The notes: generated by a model not told the origin, from the sequence alone. A DNA stretch of 16,669 nt from Candidatus Iainarchaeum sp. (GCA_043816965.1 JBDRHK010000063.1:1-16669), one strand, 5' to 3'. Positions 1 to 8,069 are shown, counted from the stretch's first letter. Translations and numbers: made by a program.

Positions 1-75
1 AGAAACAAACGCCTTGCGCAAGGCGTTTGTAGAAACGCCTTCAAGAAAATCGTTTCCAGAAGTAATCCAAGACAT
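1..75 (-). CDS. 5' part of a gene running off the left edge (MSWITSGNDFLEGVSTNALRKAFVS...); product unknown
   Basis: My translation of the minus strand: ATG at 75-73, preceded by SD-like AGGTGA (88-83) and TATA-like TTTTTATA (116-109); open to the window edge. Only 25 codons are visible. Confidence 0.5.
   Translation of the reverse strand, partial: MSWITSGNDFLEGVSTNALRKAFVS
5..30. repeat. Perfect 26-bp palindrome ACAAACGCCTTGC|GCAAGGCGTTTGT
   Basis: Bases 5-17 are the exact reverse complement of bases 18-30. Confidence 0.9.
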
Positions 76-120
76 ACTATAATCACCTATTATAGTAGGT
101 CAAACAAGTATAAAAAGTTT
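71..120 (-). promoter_or_regulatory. Putative archaeal promoter, plus an inverted repeat enclosing the SD of the leftmost gene
   Basis: Inverted repeat 71-83 / 89-101 (13 bp, one mismatch; perfect 9-bp core TACTATAAT/ATTATAGTA) with a 5-nt loop reading AGGTG on the minus strand. TATA-like box at 109-116. Confidence 0.45.
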
Positions 121-121
121 C

Positions 122-685
122 CTAATTAAAGTCCGATACTACTAGTACGATTATATTTGATGCTTTTTCAGGGAAATGATAAATCGTTAAATAATTTTCA
201 CAAAAATCCTCATAAATATTTTTCAGTTCTTTCAGGGCAATACTTTTGTTTTCCTTTATAAATCGCTTTGCTAATATTTTTTCTTCCTTAGGAAGAGGTA
301 TTGTTGTTGGTTCAAAAAACCTAAACAATTGTGCAAGAGTGGGTTTGTGGAAGAACTCTTGAAATCCAGCATTCTCCAAAAAGATGTTATGGCCCTTAAG
401 ATTAATTCTATGTCCGGGCGTAGAGGCGACTGGAACGAGTTCCCATCCATTCGGAGTAATTTCGGATTTATTAATTGCTTGCAATAACCTTTTTTCCCTT
501 TCGGCAATTTCTTTTAGATCACCTACTTTTTTACCTGCAATCAACCTCTTGTGTTGTCCAGTTCCAACTCGAAATCTCCTACCTACCAACTCAACCTCTT
601 TGAAACCTTCCCCTCTTTGAATTGCCTTATCAAAAGCTACAGCTCTTTGGTCAAAATGCCTCAAACGCTTATTTCTGACACTCAT
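122..685 (-). CDS. Hypothetical basic protein, 187 aa
   Basis: Longest ORF in the interval, with an ATG start and an AT-rich TATA-like stretch about 25-35 bp upstream (709-720). No motif recognised. Confidence 0.65.
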   Translation of the reverse strand: MSVRNKRLRHFDQRAVAFDKAIQRGEGFKEVELVGRRFRVGTGQHKRLIAGKKVGDLKEIAEREKRLLQAINKSEITPNGWELVPVASTPGHRINLKGHNIFLENAGFQEFFHKPTLAQLFRFFEPTTIPLPKEEKILAKRFIKENKSIALKELKNIYEDFCENYLTIYHFPEKASNIIVLVVSDFN

Positions 686-729
686 AGCAAATAATGTGTG
701 AGGGAAATTTATTATATTTAGTGTCTTTC

Positions 730-1383
730 TCAGTCAACAAACGACTTGTCCAAATCCCCTGAATTGCTGTAGCCCCTCTGCTCCCAATAGCCCCTGTAAT
801 TCGGGTCATTGGAAAGTTCGATTTTTGTTATCCATTTGACCCATTTATAGCCCCATTTTTCCTCTGCTACAATTTCAAATGGAAAGCCCCTCTCAGGCGG
901 GAGGGTTACACCATTCATCTTGTGGGCCATTATAATGTCATTGCTGATTATGTAATCAAGTGGCAGGGAGGTTGTGTAGCCGTCGTAGGCATGGAAAATC
1001 ACTGTGTTTGCTTCGGGTTTTATTCCGGCCCCGTTCAGCAAATCTTTTACGAGAATCCCTTCCCATAAAATTTTCGCATTCCAGCCCTCAACACAATAGA
1101 GGGTGACAACTTTTGAATATTTCTGGCGGGAAATGACTTCATTATATGAAAGTGATTTTGGATTTTCCACAAGGCCTGTTATTTCAAGCGAGTAATTTCC
1201 TAGATCAATATACTGCGGACCCTTGATTGAGTTCTCCCTGAAATCCCCGATTGATGAGAGGTTTTCCCCCTCATAATTCTTGACCTCAACATCCTGCAGC
1301 TGCTTTATCTCCTCGCTGACGCATCCTGAAATAATTATTAGTGCCACAATCAAAAACAAAAAAACAAAAATTTTATTTTTCAT
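730..1383 (-). CDS. Molybdopterin-dependent oxidoreductase (sulfite oxidase/MsrP-YedY-like family), predicted lipoprotein
   Basis: Motifs TLYCVEGW (Mo-ligating Cys), WEGILVKDLL, DGYTTSLPL, MNGVTLPPERGFPF, WGYKWVKWITKIEL and GYWEQRGY. N-terminal hydrophobic signal ends in lipobox-like ISGC. Confidence 0.9.
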   Translation of the reverse strand: MKNKIFVFLFLIVALIIISGCVSEEIKQLQDVEVKNYEGENLSSIGDFRENSIKGPQYIDLGNYSLEITGLVENPKSLSYNEVISRQKYSKVVTLYCVEGWNAKILWEGILVKDLLNGAGIKPEANTVIFHAYDGYTTSLPLDYIISNDIIMAHKMNGVTLPPERGFPFEIVAEEKWGYKWVKWITKIELSNDPNYRGYWEQRGYSNSGDLDKSFVD

Positions 1384-1384
1384 T

Positions 1385-1642
1385 TCATCCCTTTCCTAAG
1401 AATTTTTTTATTGCAGAAGCAATCCATCCCCAGTTAAATGAGAGGTGGATTGGGATGAAAATTATCAGCAATATTCCTGTCCAGTCATGGATGAAACTTA
1501 TCTGGGCAAAGGGAAGCACAATGTCCGTAAGGCCAAGCCATGGCTGGAGGAAAAGGAATTTTATAATTCCTGTTATGAGGATGGAAAGAAACAGTATTCC
1601 AAGAATCAGGTTTACAGGATATTTCAGATTCTCTTTTTTCAT
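1385..1642 (-). CDS. Small membrane protein with two His in the second hydrophobic segment (DUF4405/cytochrome b-like)
   Basis: Two hydrophobic stretches and the pattern IHDWTG-x9-IHLSFNW. Ends 1 bp before the oxidoreductase start, suggesting translational coupling. Confidence 0.75.
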   Translation of the reverse strand: MKKENLKYPVNLILGILFLSILITGIIKFLFLQPWLGLTDIVLPFAQISFIHDWTGILLIIFIPIHLSFNWGWIASAIKKFLGKG

Positions 1643-1705
1643 GGGAACCGATTCAATTAATGATGCAATCCTTTTAGTTATATAGTTGGGCCGAATTCCG
1701 CAAAA

Positions 1706-2629
1706 TCAGACAAACTGCTCATAGTTTTCGAAATTGAATTTGTAGAGGAATCTCTTGATTTTTGAATCCTCAAATGAATATTTTGCGATTACATTCTTTT
1801 TCTCGCCCGAGAATTTTTCAAATTCCGCTTCCTGTGTCGGGTCAAGAAGATAGAATTTGCCCTTGAATTCTGTAATCACAAATGCATGTGTTGAGCGGTT
1901 TTCAAGTTCTGCAATTACTACCTCTGCCTTTTTATCCCCAAGCGCAAAAAGCATTGAGCAGAGGAAAACCGCCTGGTCCTCATCATCGCCAAGTTTGGCG
2001 GTTACAATCTCCTTTGGCGAGAGCCAGAAATTTATTTCCAGGTCGGATTTTACATAATTAATCTCCCTGGAAATGTACTCATGCACTTCTTTGGCTGACT
2101 CAAGGTAGTTTTCATCAAATGAATAGTTTTCCGGCCTGAAATCATTAAGGAGTGACTGGACTGTCAAATCCTCGGAATTTACCAGGCCCTTTATCTCACC
2201 CACAGTTTTCTTCTCAAAATCATTGATAATGCCGGAGTATTTTCCGAGCAGCAGTTTGTAAAGGGCGAATTTCAGTTCACTTTTCGGGATTTCCTCCTCA
2301 AGCTCCTCCTTAAGCGAGGCAAAGCCGGAATTCTCTTTCAGGAGGGTGTTTTCCTTCTTAATCTGCTTATGCTCATCCTGCAATTCCTTCAATTCCTGCT
2401 TCATCTCCTCATTTTCCTGCTCCAAATCAAAATATGTTGGGCCCTGGACAGAAGCCAGATGGCTCTTTAATTCCCCAATTTGGGCAATTAGCTCCTGTTT
2501 CCTTGAGCCATCCCTCTCCCCTGCAAGTTCCAGTTCCAGTTCCTGCAGGTTTCGGAGAATTGTCTGTTCTGCAGAGGTCTTCTTGAGCTTTTCCTGCGGG
2601 AGCTCTGAAACCGCTTCATTCCGGGCCAT
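1706..2629 (-). CDS. Coiled-coil plus transglutaminase-like (cysteine protease fold) protein, catalytic Cys replaced
   Basis: Glu/Leu/Lys heptad-rich N-terminus. C-terminal WLSPKEI...GDDEDQAVFLCSML...THAFV...YLLDPT matches the GDCED / HA / DPT triad layout. Confidence 0.8.
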   Translation of the reverse strand: MARNEAVSELPQEKLKKTSAEQTILRNLQELELELAGERDGSRKQELIAQIGELKSHLASVQGPTYFDLEQENEEMKQELKELQDEHKQIKKENTLLKENSGFASLKEELEEEIPKSELKFALYKLLLGKYSGIINDFEKKTVGEIKGLVNSEDLTVQSLLNDFRPENYSFDENYLESAKEVHEYISREINYVKSDLEINFWLSPKEIVTAKLGDDEDQAVFLCSMLFALGDKKAEVVIAELENRSTHAFVITEFKGKFYLLDPTQEAEFEKFSGEKKNVIAKYSFEDSKIKRFLYKFNFENYEQFV

Positions 2630-2733
2630 AATTAGTAATATTAACTGGGAGAAAATGCAGAAAAAGGCTTACTTCTACATAATTTTGGTTTAATATTGCC
2701 TTTCGCCCCCAAAATCCATTTCCCCCTTTTTAG

Positions 2734-2750
2734 GAAAAAATTAATAAGTT
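2734..2750 (+). promoter_or_regulatory. Putative BRE/TATA promoter for the pilus operon
   Basis: Purine run GAAAAAA followed by TTAATAAG about 30 bp upstream of ATG 2777, in the divergent intergenic region. Confidence 0.4.
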
Positions 2751-2776
2751 AAGAGTACAATCATAATAGGGTTCTA

Positions 2777-3397
2777 ATGTCTGATGAAAAGGGTTTTGAG
2801 GAAAAAAAGAAAAGGGCAATTCAGGCGATTATAATTATTGCTTTTGTTTTCATAATAATTGTCGTTATTAGCATAACCCTGGATGAGACGCAGACACAAC
2901 CTGATTTCAAGAATCCGATTTGCGGGAATGGGTTTGTTGATATCTCCGAGGACTGTGACGATAAGATAGGTGGAGAAGGTTGCCCTCCAAATTACGGTTG
3001 CAAATACTGCAAGTGCACTAGATTGGATAAAATTTCTGATGGAATTTCCAATGGAATTGATGATGGAAAAGATGATGGCGTAATTGGCGGAGGAAATGGC
3101 AATATTGATGATGAAAATGTTTCTGAAGATGGAAATGCTATGGGTGGTGGAGGCAGGCCGGATGATGGAACAACTGGTGGGGGAGAGGACATTGCCCCTC
3201 CACAAGCATGCACGATTTCCTCAGAGCTTGTGGGAACAATATGCGAGGCGGAAAATTGCATTGGGGAGATGATTGGGGAATGCTGTGCCGGTGTTTGTGT
3301 TAGCCCAAATGCCGGATTTACCGAATGTTTTAACACATGTGTTCAGCAGGGGCTTTTTTCGCAGGCAGAATGCGAGGTGCTTTGTTCGCCAAGTTAG
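2777..3397 (+). CDS. Membrane-anchored Cys-rich extracellular protein with Gly/Asp-rich linker
   Basis: Basic N-terminus plus one TM helix. CGNGFVDISEDCD resembles the myxococcal Cys-rich repeat. Low-complexity G/D linker and a second Cys cluster at the C-terminus. Confidence 0.8.
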   Translation: MSDEKGFEEKKKRAIQAIIIIAFVFIIIVVISITLDETQTQPDFKNPICGNGFVDISEDCDDKIGGEGCPPNYGCKYCKCTRLDKISDGISNGIDDGKDDGVIGGGNGNIDDENVSEDGNAMGGGGRPDDGTTGGGEDIAPPQACTISSELVGTICEAENCIGEMIGECCAGVCVSPNAGFTECFNTCVQQGLFSQAECEVLCSPS

Positions 3398-3408
3398 GAG
3401 GGATTTGT

Positions 3409-3807
3409 ATGAAAGCTCAGGCTTCGATGGAATATTTGATCATAATTGCTTTTTTGCTGCTGGCTGTCGGCCTGCTTTTTGTTTTATCATTGATAATGTT
3501 CGATGATTCGAGCAGGTTCTCGGCCGCCCAGATAGCGATTTCAAAGCTTAAGAATGCCGCTGACGAAGTTGATGGACTGGGGGAGGGAAACACTAGGATT
3601 GTTGAAATTGTGCTTCCTAAAGGGGTTACGGCAGGAAGGGGGCTTGAGAATGTGATTGAATTTACCATCGGCATTTCAGGGACCACAACATCCGCCAAGG
3701 AATTCCCAAATGCCAAGGTTACTTATGTCAGCCTCCCCATATCAGAGGGAATCCATTTTATAAGGGTGGAAAGCATTGACGGCAATGTACTGCTTTCAGA
3801 GGTCTGA
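3409..3807 (+). CDS. Minor pilin-like protein with class III signal peptide (132 aa)
   Basis: Start re-called to ATG 3409 after SD GGAGGG. MKA/QASMEYLIII has Gln+1 and Glu+5 followed by a hydrophobic helix. Confidence 0.88.
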   Translation: MKAQASMEYLIIIAFLLLAVGLLFVLSLIMFDDSSRFSAAQIAISKLKNAADEVDGLGEGNTRIVEIVLPKGVTAGRGLENVIEFTIGISGTTTSAKEFPNAKVTYVSLPISEGIHFIRVESIDGNVLLSEV

Positions 3808-3811
3808 TGGC

Positions 3812-4174
3812 ATGGAAAAGGGGCAGGTGGCACAGGAAACAATTGCGGCAGTTGCGATTTTGCTAATTGTGTTTGTTCTGGTAACAAACCAATATGTGGA
3901 AAGGTACAATCAGGGGTTGGAATTGGGGGCCTCAAATACGGCAAAGATAGAATGCGAAAAGATTTCAACAATGATTAGCTTTGTAAATATGAGCCCGGGA
4001 AATGATTCTGTCAGGCTGGGCAATATCTCAAATGATTTCAACATTTCAGGCAATGTTGTTAAGATTAGGGACAGGTTCTGTGATTTTTTTGGTGATGCAC
4101 AAGATGCAACGCTTTCGGAGGGAAATGTTTTGATTTATGAGGCAAATGGGGGGGCTGTTGTTGAGAATGTCTGA
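3812..4174 (+). CDS. Minor pilin-like protein with class III signal peptide (120 aa)
   Basis: Start re-called to ATG 3812. MEKG/QVAQETIAAVAILLIVFVLV (Gln+1, Glu+5). Confidence 0.85.
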   Translation: MEKGQVAQETIAAVAILLIVFVLVTNQYVERYNQGLELGASNTAKIECEKISTMISFVNMSPGNDSVRLGNISNDFNISGNVVKIRDRFCDFFGDAQDATLSEGNVLIYEANGGAVVENV

Positions 4175-4649
4175 CAGGGGCCAGGGAATAATGCTTGATT
4201 TGCTGATAGGGGCAATCATTTTTATGCTTGTCCTTATGTCGATAAATGGGTTTTGGGTAGGGGAACTTAACTCCATAGATGACAATATAGAATCCAATGA
4301 GATGAATTTAATTGCTTTCAATGCGATTGAGGGCCTGGTTACTGGGCAAGGCAGCCCTAACGGCTGGGAAACCCTTCCAGAGGCTTCGGTAAATGAGATT
4401 GGGCTGATTGAGGGTAACCGCGTGATTGAGGAAAATAAGCTGGTTGCGTTCCAGAATATGAGTTACAATCTGGCAAGGGAAAAGCTGAAGATAAGGCATT
4501 ATGATTTCTTTTTTGAGTTTGAGGGAATTGACGATGTAAATGCAGGTTTGCCGCCAATGGGGAATGCGGATAAGGTTGTTATCTACAGGAAGGCAAGTTA
4601 CAAGGGGGTGGGTGCTGATGTTAAATTCACGCTCTACAATCTCAGGTAA
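4167..4649 (+). CDS. Minor pilin-like protein with class III signal peptide (160 aa)
   Basis: Start re-called to ATG 4167, overlapping the previous stop. MSDRG/QGIMLDLLIGAIIFMLVL; internal GSPNGWE motif. Confidence 0.85.
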   Translation: MSDRGQGIMLDLLIGAIIFMLVLMSINGFWVGELNSIDDNIESNEMNLIAFNAIEGLVTGQGSPNGWETLPEASVNEIGLIEGNRVIEENKLVAFQNMSYNLAREKLKIRHYDFFFEFEGIDDVNAGLPPMGNADKVVIYRKASYKGVGADVKFTLYNLR

Positions 4650-7089
4650 CAAGCCGTTTAGCGAGGGCGTAAGGCCGAGCAGGGTGTCCTCCGCGAGGAC
4701 GCCATCGTGTAAACGCAGACAGGCGTTTAGCGAGGGCAAAGCCCGAGCAATATCCCTGCGCGTACCCAACAGGGTGCGGAGCAGGGATGGTCCCGTAAAC
4801 TCGGATAGGGGTTTCGTATTTTCAATGGATGCCGCAATGGCGGTTATTCTCCTGATTGTGCTGATGGCGACGGTTGCAAACAGACCTGATTTGGGTGAAA
4901 GCGCCTTTCCGCGGGCGCAGCTAAACCAATTGGTTGATGATTCCATTGCCTCAATGGAAAGCACTGGTTTTATGCTGGAACTCCTCGATACAAACACAAT
5001 AGATGATGCCGCGCTGGAAATTGAGGGCAGGCTTTCATCAGACCTTCCCCAAACTATTGACCTTAATGTCCAGATAACTCAATACACCCTGAACCTTTCC
5101 ACCTGCAGGGCATCACAAACATTTGAGGATTGTTTTTTGGGAAGCGGGCTTGTGATTAGCAGCAGCGGCTCGGCAATTCCGGACAACAGGGCCATCCTGC
5201 ATGGGCGGAGGATTTTTGCAAAAAGGCAGCAGAATGCGGACTGCAATTTAAATTATGGGGCAGGCTTGATCGGGAAAGAATTCGATGAAATTTTGGGGGC
5301 AATAATGTTCTCTGATTACTATGGCCCTCTTTATTTACAGGCGGGGGGTGATTTGAATGTGACCTTTGATGTAAATGTCAGCCCCTCAACAGAACTAAGC
5401 TGTGATGAAAATGTTACCGTTACTTTAGGCATAACTGTCCCTGAGGGGGCAAGAAAACCTGTGGATGTTGTTGAGGTTATGGATGTCAGCGGGAGCATGG
5501 GTGAGTGCGCTATTGCCGATGGAAATGTTATCGCGGAAAGCCAGAGCTCTTTGGGCGGGGGAACATCTTTTTGGAGTTGGTGGGTGTGGAATTACATATA
5601 CCAGAATTGGGTGAACATTGACAGTTTTACAATAAATGATAACGATGCTTTTGATGTATTCCTCGAATGGGAAACCGCATGCGGAGGAAATTGGGCAGGC
5701 TTCAGAAATTGCATTAAAATGTATATTGAGGCACCGGATGGAACCCTTTATGGCTACTATGGGGGAACTCCTGGGGGCGGGGGTTGTTATATTGCGCCAA
5801 GCTCAAGCACTGCTTCGAATAATATTTATTTGGCGGTTCCAGGCTCCTCTTCACAAAATGGTGTCTGGCAGGTGTGGGCATGGAATGATAATCCTGCGAT
5901 AGATGTAAATCTTACTGTAAAGGAAATAGGGGTGCCAATTACAAAGATTGAGGCAATGCAGGCAGTGGGTAAAGAATTCATAGATAATGCCCTGTGGACC
6001 AGCAACGATTACACTGGATTGGTTTCATTTAATAATGTTGCAACACTGAGGCATCAATTAAGCACTGACAGGGAATCTGTAAAGGCACAAATTGACCTTC
6101 TAAATGACGGCGGTTCTACAGCAATAGGTGAGGGGATTTACACTGCGACAGGGGAACTTAGCACATCCCCAAGGGCGAGAAGTGAAAGCCTTGATTTTCA
6201 GGTCCTCCTTTCTGACGGGCAGAGCAATTCAGGGAGAAGTTCTGCAGGTGCAGCCCAGGATGCTGCAGACAATAATATTATAATTTTTACAATAGGGTTT
6301 GGGACAACAATAAATGAGGCAGAGCTGACAACTATCGCAAATTTAACCGGGGGGCAGTATTACTATGCGGCAGACCAAAATGCATTGCAGGACGCATATG
6401 ATTTAATTGCGCAGACTATTCAGGCTGCAGCAGCTGACGCAAATGTAGTTGTCCCTGTGATTACTGATGTTAACATCATGGAATCCGGAGGCGGGGTTAT
6501 TGTCGGGCAATCCATAATTTTTGATGTGAATAATGTTGGCGGTGGCCAGAGATGGGAGTCCAGCTATATACTTAATTTCCCCTGTTCAAATGCAAACACC
6601 TGTGGAAGTGACGCCATAAGCTTCCCTGGGGAGGGCGCCTATTTCGAGTATGTAGATGATGAGGGCTATCACCAGATAGATTTCAATGTGCAGACGATAA
6701 TTCCATTCCTCACAAGGGATTTGACCGTGGATATTTTCGCCGGGGAGATTACAGGGCCTGATGACATTTACCTTGATGTCAATGTCGCAAACATTGCGGA
6801 TTTGGATACCCCCTCAACAACCCTTAATTTCTATGCGGATTTTGTCGGGGGAACGCTCCTTGCAAGCAGGGCTGTTAATGCCATGTGCGGGGGGGAATCT
6901 GCAGGATGTGTAAATTCTGAACAGATATTCAGTGCGGTAAATATTACGCAGGAAGGGGTGATAGTTGCCGTGATAAATGAGGATGGCTCCATAAGCGAGT
7001 GCCCGGGAAACAATGAGGATATTGTAAACTGTTACGCAGGCTCTGTCCCGCAGTTCTATGTGATTGACTACTATGTATGGAGGAGGTAA
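4618..7089 (+). CDS. Large pilin-like adhesin: class III signal, vWA (MIDAS) domain with internal insertion, C-terminal CARDB-like domain
   Basis: DRG/FVFSMDAAMAVILLIVLMA class III motif. vWA motifs DVVEVMDVSGSM, GLVSFN, GGSTAIGEGI, VLLSDGQSN, IFTIGFG and IANLTGGQYY. CARDB-like DLTV...VANIA...INEDGSISE..GNNE. Start uncertain: ATG 4618 (after GGGGTGGGTG) or GTG 4774. Confidence 0.85.
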   Translation: MLNSRSTISGNKPFSEGVRPSRVSSARTPSCKRRQAFSEGKARAISLRVPNRVRSRDGPVNSDRGFVFSMDAAMAVILLIVLMATVANRPDLGESAFPRAQLNQLVDDSIASMESTGFMLELLDTNTIDDAALEIEGRLSSDLPQTIDLNVQITQYTLNLSTCRASQTFEDCFLGSGLVISSSGSAIPDNRAILHGRRIFAKRQQNADCNLNYGAGLIGKEFDEILGAIMFSDYYGPLYLQAGGDLNVTFDVNVSPSTELSCDENVTVTLGITVPEGARKPVDVVEVMDVSGSMGECAIADGNVIAESQSSLGGGTSFWSWWVWNYIYQNWVNIDSFTINDNDAFDVFLEWETACGGNWAGFRNCIKMYIEAPDGTLYGYYGGTPGGGGCYIAPSSSTASNNIYLAVPGSSSQNGVWQVWAWNDNPAIDVNLTVKEIGVPITKIEAMQAVGKEFIDNALWTSNDYTGLVSFNNVATLRHQLSTDRESVKAQIDLLNDGGSTAIGEGIYTATGELSTSPRARSESLDFQVLLSDGQSNSGRSSAGAAQDAADNNIIIFTIGFGTTINEAELTTIANLTGGQYYYAADQNALQDAYDLIAQTIQAAAADANVVVPVITDVNIMESGGGVIVGQSIIFDVNNVGGGQRWESSYILNFPCSNANTCGSDAISFPGEGAYFEYVDDEGYHQIDFNVQTIIPFLTRDLTVDIFAGEITGPDDIYLDVNVANIADLDTPSTTLNFYADFVGGTLLASRAVNAMCGGESAGCVNSEQIFSAVNITQEGVIVAVINEDGSISECPGNNEDIVNCYAGSVPQFYVIDYYVWRR
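4655..4800 (+). repeat. Tandem pair of GC-rich structured units (REP/palindromic-element-like or RNA motif)
   Basis: Direct repeat CGTTTAGCGAGGGC-(GTAA/AAA)-G(G/C)CCGAGCA at 4655 and 4724. Each unit has its own second hairpin and closes with TAAAC (4710-4714, 4796-4800), complementary to its opening GTTTA. Confidence 0.8.
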
Positions 7090-7090
7090 A

Positions 7091-8065
7091 ATGAACCAGA
7101 AAGGAATATTTTTCACAATTATGGCTTTTCTCCTGGCATTTAACGTTATTCTGCTTATAGGTGTTGCAACAGAAAATAACCGTGACAACCAGGAGGTATT
7201 TACTTTAATTAGTTCCTTTATTTCAGTCAACAACAAGTCCAATAACATTTACAGGGATGCGATTCTTTACGACCAAACAGGCCCTGCTGCGGCAATTGAA
7301 CAGAGGATTCTTCCCTTCAGCATGGCACTTGATGAGAACAGGGTTAATATCACGGCAAATCTTCCTGTGGAAAGCTCGAAGATGAATTCCTACATCGACA
7401 GCCTTAATGCAATGAAAATATTCCTTGAGGATTCCAACTACGGCAATGCATATGACGGCATTGAGGTAAGCATAGACACCATACAGGATTCGAGATGGGG
7501 GGGAACCGCTGATTCTATCTCGTTTATCGCATATCCTTTTTGCCTCGAATACAGGATTTCCGGGCTTAACCAAATAGGGTATGGGCCTGGCAATTGCACA
7601 GATATTTTTGATGTATCAAATATCAGGAGATTTGACCTGAATATTATGGTTACCAACAGCAACGAGGACCTTAATTATGTGAGCTGCACTTTTGGTGGGG
7701 TGGCTGGATGCCCGCAAAATTCCTTTGACCCAATGGACCCACTGCCTTTCTTTGAGCTGGAAATTGATGACACTGACTGCGGGAGTTGCGCATTTGGTGC
7801 AGCTGACTTATTGGTGAGCACCCATTTTGACCCTGCCGAAAGCAATGACCTCTCTATATGGTGCAGCCCTGGGACAGATTGCCCTTACTCTGAAACAATT
7901 TCTGTTTCAATCGGGAATGGATTTTCTGTGGCAAGGGATGGCGGCATTCCGGTTTCAACTGAAATGGCGGTTGATTTCAAGTCAGGGATTAGAGGCATTG
8001 AGGCAAATGATTTCAACTACACTCTTACAAAACCCTCTGCCCAGATAACAAAAAGATATAGGTGA
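7091..8065 (+). CDS. Pilin-like protein with class III signal peptide and Cys-containing acidic ectodomain (324 aa)
   Basis: ATG 7091 after SD AGGAGGT. MNQKG/IFFTIMAFLLAFNVILLIGVA. Confidence 0.85.
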   Translation: MNQKGIFFTIMAFLLAFNVILLIGVATENNRDNQEVFTLISSFISVNNKSNNIYRDAILYDQTGPAAAIEQRILPFSMALDENRVNITANLPVESSKMNSYIDSLNAMKIFLEDSNYGNAYDGIEVSIDTIQDSRWGGTADSISFIAYPFCLEYRISGLNQIGYGPGNCTDIFDVSNIRRFDLNIMVTNSNEDLNYVSCTFGGVAGCPQNSFDPMDPLPFFELEIDDTDCGSCAFGAADLLVSTHFDPAESNDLSIWCSPGTDCPYSETISVSIGNGFSVARDGGIPVSTEMAVDFKSGIRGIEANDFNYTLTKPSAQITKRYR

Positions 8066-8069
8066 TTAT

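Noticed and set aside
4540..4617. ORF-track start of the vWA protein at 4540, and the extended starts at 3337, 3776, 4137, 7064 and 9303
   Set aside because: Most overlap upstream genes extensively. Downstream ATGs give proper class III leaders or better start contexts.
4644..4730. Possible integron attC site (stop codon within TAAC followed by a palindromic region)
   Set aside because: The ends do not fit RYYYAAC/GTTRRRY, there is only one such site, no integrase is visible and the flanking genes form a coupled operon.
4655..4800. CRISPR array, tRNA, known self-cleaving ribozyme or bulge-helix-bulge intron
   Set aside because: Only two units, with structured rather than spacer-like interiors. 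I could not find a cloverleaf/T-loop, a hammerhead core or a convincing BHB at the junctions by eye.
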